A stretch of DNA of 63,101 nt from Neovahlkampfia damariscottae. Lineage: Eukaryota. The notes under the pieces were generated by a model. It was not told where the DNA came from. It ran no database searches and worked only from the letters and a program-made list of their open reading frames with translations. This document shows positions 57,806 through 63,101 of this stretch, one piece after another (within the stretch, counting starts at the first letter, position 1; the number at the start of each line of letters is the position of its first letter). The stretch is taken from the NCBI GenBank assembly GCA_016618085.1, contig JABLTG010000123.1, forward strand, positions 1-63,101, written 5' to 3'. Position numbers and translations under genes: made by a program.

Positions 57806-59842
57806 TCAAAATTCAAATGAAAAATGAATATTCTTCAAATCAATATCTCTGATCAATTTGTGATATTTCGATCTCCAAACTATTTCCATGTCACATTTCA
57901 ATGTAGGGCAGTTTTTGATTTCCATTTTTCTGCCATGAATGATTTTCAAAACAAATCTCTTTTCATTTCTTAACCTTAATGACATAAATTTGAGAGAAAC
58001 ATTGGAGTTCATCATAGCTGAATAAACTACTTCTTCATCATCTTGAAGTTCATTTGAGGCGAATTTCAAATTGTTGCCGTGGCAATTCATTGAATGTAAA
58101 ATCAAATCACGATCAAAATCAAAATCCATTTTAAAAACATCTTTACAGTACTTTACTGCTTCAAACAAAAATTCTTTTGAATACTCTTTCAAATTTAAAA
58201 AATGTAAAACATTTCCATTTTCTTTAATTATTTCAATCAATTCTTTTTCATTGAAATTTATGTTTTTTAGTGAATCTTGAAATATGATTTCGAGATCACT
58301 CCGACTGAAAGCTGTATGTTTTTTTGAATACTGTTTACAAACCACATTTTTCAATTTTGCCATTTCAGAGAAAAACCATTTGTCTTGGAACATCAGTTTT
58401 GGCACATGAATAATAGTGGAAGGTTGTACTGAAATAGCTTTTAGAGCAATATCCATATCTTCAAATTTTTCATTGTTCAAATAATTTTTAACATGAAGAG
58501 ATTGATTAAAACTCATCAAAATTAAATCTTTCCTTTTTTGGAATTCCTTTGGAGCATAATACAAAGCTGATTTCCCACGTTTTGAAATAACTTCATAGTT
58601 TAAAAATAAATTTAATAGTTTTTCATTGCTTCTTAAATCCTTTGGAAAATACTCAAAGTATGAATTGTTAAATTTGTGTAATCTGAAAATCTTCTTCAAA
58701 AAATTTTCATTCTGTGCGAAATACCGAGGAATTCTGTGCCAATATTGGGAATATGAATAGCAAGTATCATCTGAATGAAATTGACTGACAAAATATTCTT
58801 CTGCAACTTTGATTATTTCAAAATTATCTTTCAATTGATTCGGAATGTATTGATAATTTTTTGGATATAATTCTATCATTCTTTTGGATATTTCATAATT
58901 TAATTTTGTTTTTTCTGACAATTGATTATAAATCATTCCAAAGGATGGATTTTTGTCCAATTGTTTCAAAATTAAATTTTCATCTTGTTGAAATGTTTTT
59001 GGGAGCAAGTTAAATGAAACTACTGAGATTGACAATAATAAATCAACTATATTTGAATCATTTTTCAATTCTATTGATATATTTTTATATTCAGATTCAT
59101 TAATTTTTATGCATTCCATCACAATTTCTTTATCATTTGCATGTTTCATTGGAAGATATTTCAATATTTTCGGTTTTTCATCAGAAATAGAAACGTTTTT
59201 TAATAACTTTAAGATAAATTTTTTATCATTTTTTAATTCATTTGATATTTCATTGATGTATTGAAGATGAGCATAATTTTTGAAAATTGTCAACACAAAT
59301 TCTGGATCTTTTTTAAATTCGTCAGGTGCATATTTAAAATGTAAAACACCAGATATTTCAATAAATTTCAAAATAAATTCTTTATCACTTCTCAATTCAT
59401 CTGAAAAGTACATTGAAATTCTTTGAAGATGAAATGATTGAACTTTATCAAATTTGAAACAAAAATAGTGTAAAAAGAAATTTTTGTCATGAAAAAGTTC
59501 CATACTGGCTATTTTTTCATTTGTAAAACCGAAAAAAATTTCTGAGAGGTTTTTTCCAATTGTTTGATTTTTCACTTCAATTTTGTCGTCTTTTTTGAGA
59601 AAAATCCAGTCATGATAAGTATTAGTTTTTGAACCATCCCAATCATAGTGATGATGCACCTCATTGTAATTTTTTAAATGGTAGGAATTTTTTTTTTCAC
59701 CATTTTCAAAAAACCATAAATCTGTTCTTCCTCGAGTTCCATAGTGTGTGTTTTCTTTTTTATTGATCTGTAAGACATACACTTGGTTTGTGAGGTATGT
59801 TGTTTCATTGCCATCAAAGTCAAGAATTTTAGTTTTTCTCAT
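57806..59842 (-). CDS. DUF4116-repeat protein
   Basis: Repeats such as SDELRSDKEFIL, SNELKNDKKFIL, LKFASNELQDDEEVV, SLRLRNEKRFV. Confidence 0.8.
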   Translation of the reverse strand: MRKTKILDFDGNETTYLTNQVYVLQINKKENTHYGTRGRTDLWFFENGEKKNSYHLKNYNEVHHHYDWDGSKTNTYHDWIFLKKDDKIEVKNQTIGKNLSEIFFGFTNEKIASMELFHDKNFFLHYFCFKFDKVQSFHLQRISMYFSDELRSDKEFILKFIEISGVLHFKYAPDEFKKDPEFVLTIFKNYAHLQYINEISNELKNDKKFILKLLKNVSISDEKPKILKYLPMKHANDKEIVMECIKINESEYKNISIELKNDSNIVDLLLSISVVSFNLLPKTFQQDENLILKQLDKNPSFGMIYNQLSEKTKLNYEISKRMIELYPKNYQYIPNQLKDNFEIIKVAEEYFVSQFHSDDTCYSYSQYWHRIPRYFAQNENFLKKIFRLHKFNNSYFEYFPKDLRSNEKLLNLFLNYEVISKRGKSALYYAPKEFQKRKDLILMSFNQSLHVKNYLNNEKFEDMDIALKAISVQPSTIIHVPKLMFQDKWFFSEMAKLKNVVCKQYSKKHTAFSRSDLEIIFQDSLKNINFNEKELIEIIKENGNVLHFLNLKEYSKEFLFEAVKYCKDVFKMDFDFDRDLILHSMNCHGNNLKFASNELQDDEEVVYSAMMNSNVSLKFMSLRLRNEKRFVLKIIHGRKMEIKNCPTLKCDMEIVWRSKYHKLIRDIDLKNIHFSFEF

Positions 59843-59972
59843 GTAGAAGATTATTATTGGTTTAAAATTTCAATTCTGAATTTGCATAAATTTGAAAGGA
59901 ATTGTTGCTGTTGGAAAATTTCTTGAAGAATTTCCAATAGAAAGGAATTGGAAGAAATAAAATAAATTGCCT

Positions 59973-62162
59973 TTATTCATCTTCCACATAAACTGATAAA
60001 CTGTGTGGAAGTGTCACATTTCCACCCAACAAATATTTGACTTTCTTAAATACCTGTGGTGTAACAATTGTATCTGAGTTATAATTAAACACGAATTTCA
60101 TTCTTTTTCTTGTTGTAATTCTAATATTCTTATCAAGAACAGTGTGTGGAATTTTTCTATCAATCAATAATTTCATGAGGTAATGCCTAATGAACTGTTT
60201 TGATGGCCAAAATCCAATGTATTCTATTTTATTTCTATAATTTAAAATGGCTGGCAATTCGTCATTGAATCGACCAATCACTTTGAAATTTGAATTTGAT
60301 TCGTCAAATTTAATCATTTCTCTCCAAATAGTGTATTTGAAATAATTTCCATCAAATTTAACAGAACCTATTGCAGGTGCTCCTTCTCTAAAACTTTCTA
60401 CTTTTTGAACTTGCAATGGGATAATCTCTTGTATTCTACCAGGAGCTAAATTTGATGGAATTGAAAAATGTTCGGTTTTACTTCCTGATCTAGGTCCAAA
60501 AACTAACAACCCATTTGGATTTGATCCAAGATATGTTTTCAAAGAAACCAACATTTCATCTGATATTGAAGTCAATGAAGGAATCATCACAACATTGTAT
60601 TGAGATAATTCTGTTCCTGGTTTCAATATATCAACAGTCAATCCAAATTGTCTTAATTGAGAGTAAAATGTATAAAACATTCTCAAATAATGAAAATCTT
60701 TCCCTTGAGGTTGTATTTTCATCATCCATTCTGTTTCATAATCAAAAATCAATCCAATTGTTGATTTGGTTTCTTGGTTGTTTTCAAATTGTTTTTTGAG
60801 TTTTTCAATTTCTTGTAATACTATTTTGGATTCATAATATGCAGCATCTTTTTCATTATTTGGAAGATGAAGTCCTGAATGCATTTGTTCTTGAGCAAAT
60901 GGAACTTGTCTCCATCTAAAATAAGAAACCACATTTGCATGATGAGCAAACGCTTCCCAACTCCATAATCTAACCATACCATTTTCTGGCATTGGATTAT
61001 TATCCGCCCAATTCACAGATCCAGGTTGTTGCTCCATTACCCAAAAAGTACCTCTATGATTGTCATTTGGCTTTTTCAATCCTGATAAACAACTATAAAG
61101 ATCATGATGAAAAGCAGCGATATCTGGATGTCCTGTTCTAGTGTATTCAATCTTTTCTTGATCATCAAACATTTTTCCAAGACCTAAAGTTGTATCAGTA
61201 AAACCCAATGGATATGAATCCCATGATGCAAAGTCTAATTCTTTCATGATTTTAAAATGATCAAATTGAAAGAAAAACCCCATAAAATTGTGTGTAATGA
61301 ATCTATTTGGAGAATATCTTCTAATGATTTCAACTTGTTCTTTGTTGAATGAGATGACTTGATCTGAAGAAAATTTTTGAAAATCTAAACGATGATTTGG
61401 AAATGCTTCTGTCACTGTAGATGAAGGTAAATCAATTTCATCAAATGAATTGTATTTAGCACTCCAAAAAATAGTCCCCCAGTTTCGGTTCAGTGACAGA
61501 ATGTTATTGTTGTATTTTCTTTTCAACCAGGAACGAAATTGTTTTTTTGCGTTTTTATCATATGATAGTACTGTGTCATGGCATCCATATTCGTTGTCAG
61601 TTTGCCATCCTTTCTTGAATATTGTGAGTTTTTTTTTTTTTACCACAGCAGGATGTGTTCCGTATCTTTTAGCCATTTCAGATACAATTCTAGAAGATTC
61701 TTTTCTATAATCTATACTTGAGAATGAGTAATGTCTTCTGGATCCAAATCGTCTTGCATGTTTTTTATCATCAAAAGGTAAAATTGTTGATTTATCTCCA
61801 TTTCCACCATATTTATCAACTAACCATTTTGGAGGTGTTGCTGTTGGTGTTCCTAAAACAACATGTAAATTGTTACTCGCACAATGTCTTAGAGTTTCAT
61901 CAATAATTTTCCAATTGAATTCACCTTCTTTTGGTTCAATCACACTCCACATAAATTCACCCTTAATTTTATTTTTATTTGTGTTTCTTACAATTCTGAC
62001 GTATTTTAAACCCAATTTTTTCATTTCATGGATGTCTTCAGCAATTCCAGAGATTTTCCAATGTTCAGGATAATAACAGACACCTAAGGAAGGCAAGTCA
62101 TCATTTGCTGAAGCAATTGAAGCGAAAATTAGTATGAAAAATGAGAGAAAGAGGATTTTCAT
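59973..62162 (-). CDS. Secreted GH42 beta-galactosidase with two in-frame 30-nt introns
   Basis: Signal peptide, LGVCYYPEHW, GTPTATPPKW, GSRRHY, WQTDNEYG, WDSYP, VMEQQPG, YFRWR..QEQMH. GT-AG introns at 61962-61991 and 61614-61643. Confidence 0.92.
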   Translation of the reverse strand: MKILFLSFFILIFASIASANDDLPSLGVCYYPEHWKISGIAEDIHEMKKLGLKYVRIVRNTNKNKIKGEFMWSVIEPKEGEFNWKIIDETLRHCASNNLHVVLGTPTATPPKWLVDKYGGNGDKSTILPFDDKKHARRFGSRRHYSFSSIDYRKESSRIVSEMAKRYGTHPAVVKKKKLTIFKKGWQTDNEYGCHDTVLSYDKNAKKQFRSWLKRKYNNNILSLNRNWGTIFWSAKYNSFDEIDLPSSTVTEAFPNHRLDFQKFSSDQVISFNKEQVEIIRRYSPNRFITHNFMGFFFQFDHFKIMKELDFASWDSYPLGFTDTTLGLGKMFDDQEKIEYTRTGHPDIAAFHHDLYSCLSGLKKPNDNHRGTFWVMEQQPGSVNWADNNPMPENGMVRLWSWEAFAHHANVVSYFRWRQVPFAQEQMHSGLHLPNNEKDAAYYESKIVLQEIEKLKKQFENNQETKSTIGLIFDYETEWMMKIQPQGKDFHYLRMFYTFYSQLRQFGLTVDILKPGTELSQYNVVMIPSLTSISDEMLVSLKTYLGSNPNGLLVFGPRSGSKTEHFSIPSNLAPGRIQEIIPLQVQKVESFREGAPAIGSVKFDGNYFKYTIWREMIKFDESNSNFKVIGRFNDELPAILNYRNKIEYIGFWPSKQFIRHYLMKLLIDRKIPHTVLDKNIRITTRKRMKFVFNYNSDTIVTPQVFKKVKYLLGGNVTLPHSLSVYVEDE

Positions 62163-62337
62163 TCACTGCAGTTGTGAGAAAAAATAATTTATGATTGGAT
62201 GAAAAAGTTCCTCACTATAAAAACATCTGAGCTTCAAAAAGAACAAAAAAAAACAAAAATTTTTGTTGCCTAAATTTTGGAAATCACTTCTTTTTTATTG
62301 GTCAGTGATTCCAAAGTTTTTTTAACATCAATAAAAC

Positions 62338-63101
62338 ATGAAGAGAAAAGCAACAACTTCAACCAAACAAACAACCAAAAAATTGAAAGAATCTGTTTTA
62401 AAAATAACAGAAAAACAATTGAATCATTATACATTCAAAAAACAAGGATTAATTGAAAGAAAAGAATTTGAAAAAATTCCAAATGAATATTTACCATTAC
62501 ATGGAACAAGTCACACAACACCATACTTATCACTATTTGCCAGAATGAAAAATGTATCATCTGATGATATTTCAATTCATTTCACTGGAAAACAAGTTGA
62601 ATATCCTTTGAAACGATGTATGAGGGGAACACTTCATATTGTTCCAACAGAACAAATTTCAGCAATTCATTCAGTTTATGGTTCAAAAGAATTACTTCAA
62701 GATGAAGAAAAAATAGGTGGTTTTGAACATGATGATATAGAACCTCTGTTGAAACCAATTTTAACAATCTTAAAAGAAAAAGGTCCTTTGGCAGCAGCTG
62801 ATGTGAAAAAATATATTAACTCAAAATTAATAAAGAAAAATAAGAACAAAGCCACAAATTTAATGTATGCATTTCGTTTTCTTTATCGTCGAGGAGATAT
62901 TGAATTAGGATCCAATGAATTTGATGAAAAAAAAGATTGGAAAGATCACAATAGAAAATACTCATTAACAACATTAAAATATGAAAATATGGACTTTTCA
63001 AAAGGTATTAAAGAATTAGGAAATTGGTATTTTTCAGTTTATGGACCTGCATCTTTTAAAGATTTTGTTTGGTGGTCTGGATTACAAGTAACAAAAATTA
63101 G
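62338..63101 (+). CDS. AlkZ/YcaQ-like (HTH_42) winged-helix DNA glycosylase family protein, runs off the window
   Basis: Open from ATG 62338 to the window end (so absent from the ORF track). LHGTSHTTPYLSLFAR, MRGTLHIVP, YGPASFKDFVWWSGL. Confidence 0.8.
   Translation, partial: MKRKATTSTKQTTKKLKESVLKITEKQLNHYTFKKQGLIERKEFEKIPNEYLPLHGTSHTTPYLSLFARMKNVSSDDISIHFTGKQVEYPLKRCMRGTLHIVPTEQISAIHSVYGSKELLQDEEKIGGFEHDDIEPLLKPILTILKEKGPLAAADVKKYINSKLIKKNKNKATNLMYAFRFLYRRGDIELGSNEFDEKKDWKDHNRKYSLTTLKYENMDFSKGIKELGNWYFSVYGPASFKDFVWWSGLQVTKI

Overview
AT-rich, gene-dense eukaryotic DNA with tiny (~30-45 nt) GT-AG introns, probably from a protist. The RGS, DUF4116 and LRR content suggests a heterolobosean-like amoeba (inference only). 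The main feature is a 15,055-bp integrated virophage/Polinton-like DNA virus (4042-19096) with AGCAGC...GCTGCT termini and a perfect 6-bp target-site duplication (AGAGTT) that splits a host ORF. It encodes an A32-type packaging ATPase, adenain-like protease, truncated penton, rve integrase, GIY-YIG nuclease, zinc-finger protein and a 1177-aa PolB-SF1 helicase fusion, but no recognisable major capsid protein. Two non-coding architectures stand out. First, its ~178-bp TIRs differ in sequence, yet each folds into the same T-shaped terminal hairpin with compensatory substitutions. Second, eight copies of a ~90-106-bp palindrome-bounded element sit just upstream of its genes. The window also holds the 3' end of a frameshifted Fanzor2/TnpB with a candidate omega-RNA, a TA-flanked non-autonomous TIR element, a selenocysteine MsrA with SECIS, an XRN-Nudix fusion, a lone 5S rRNA, several bacterial-type genes and ordinary housekeeping genes. 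All calls come from reading motifs by eye; no database searches were run.
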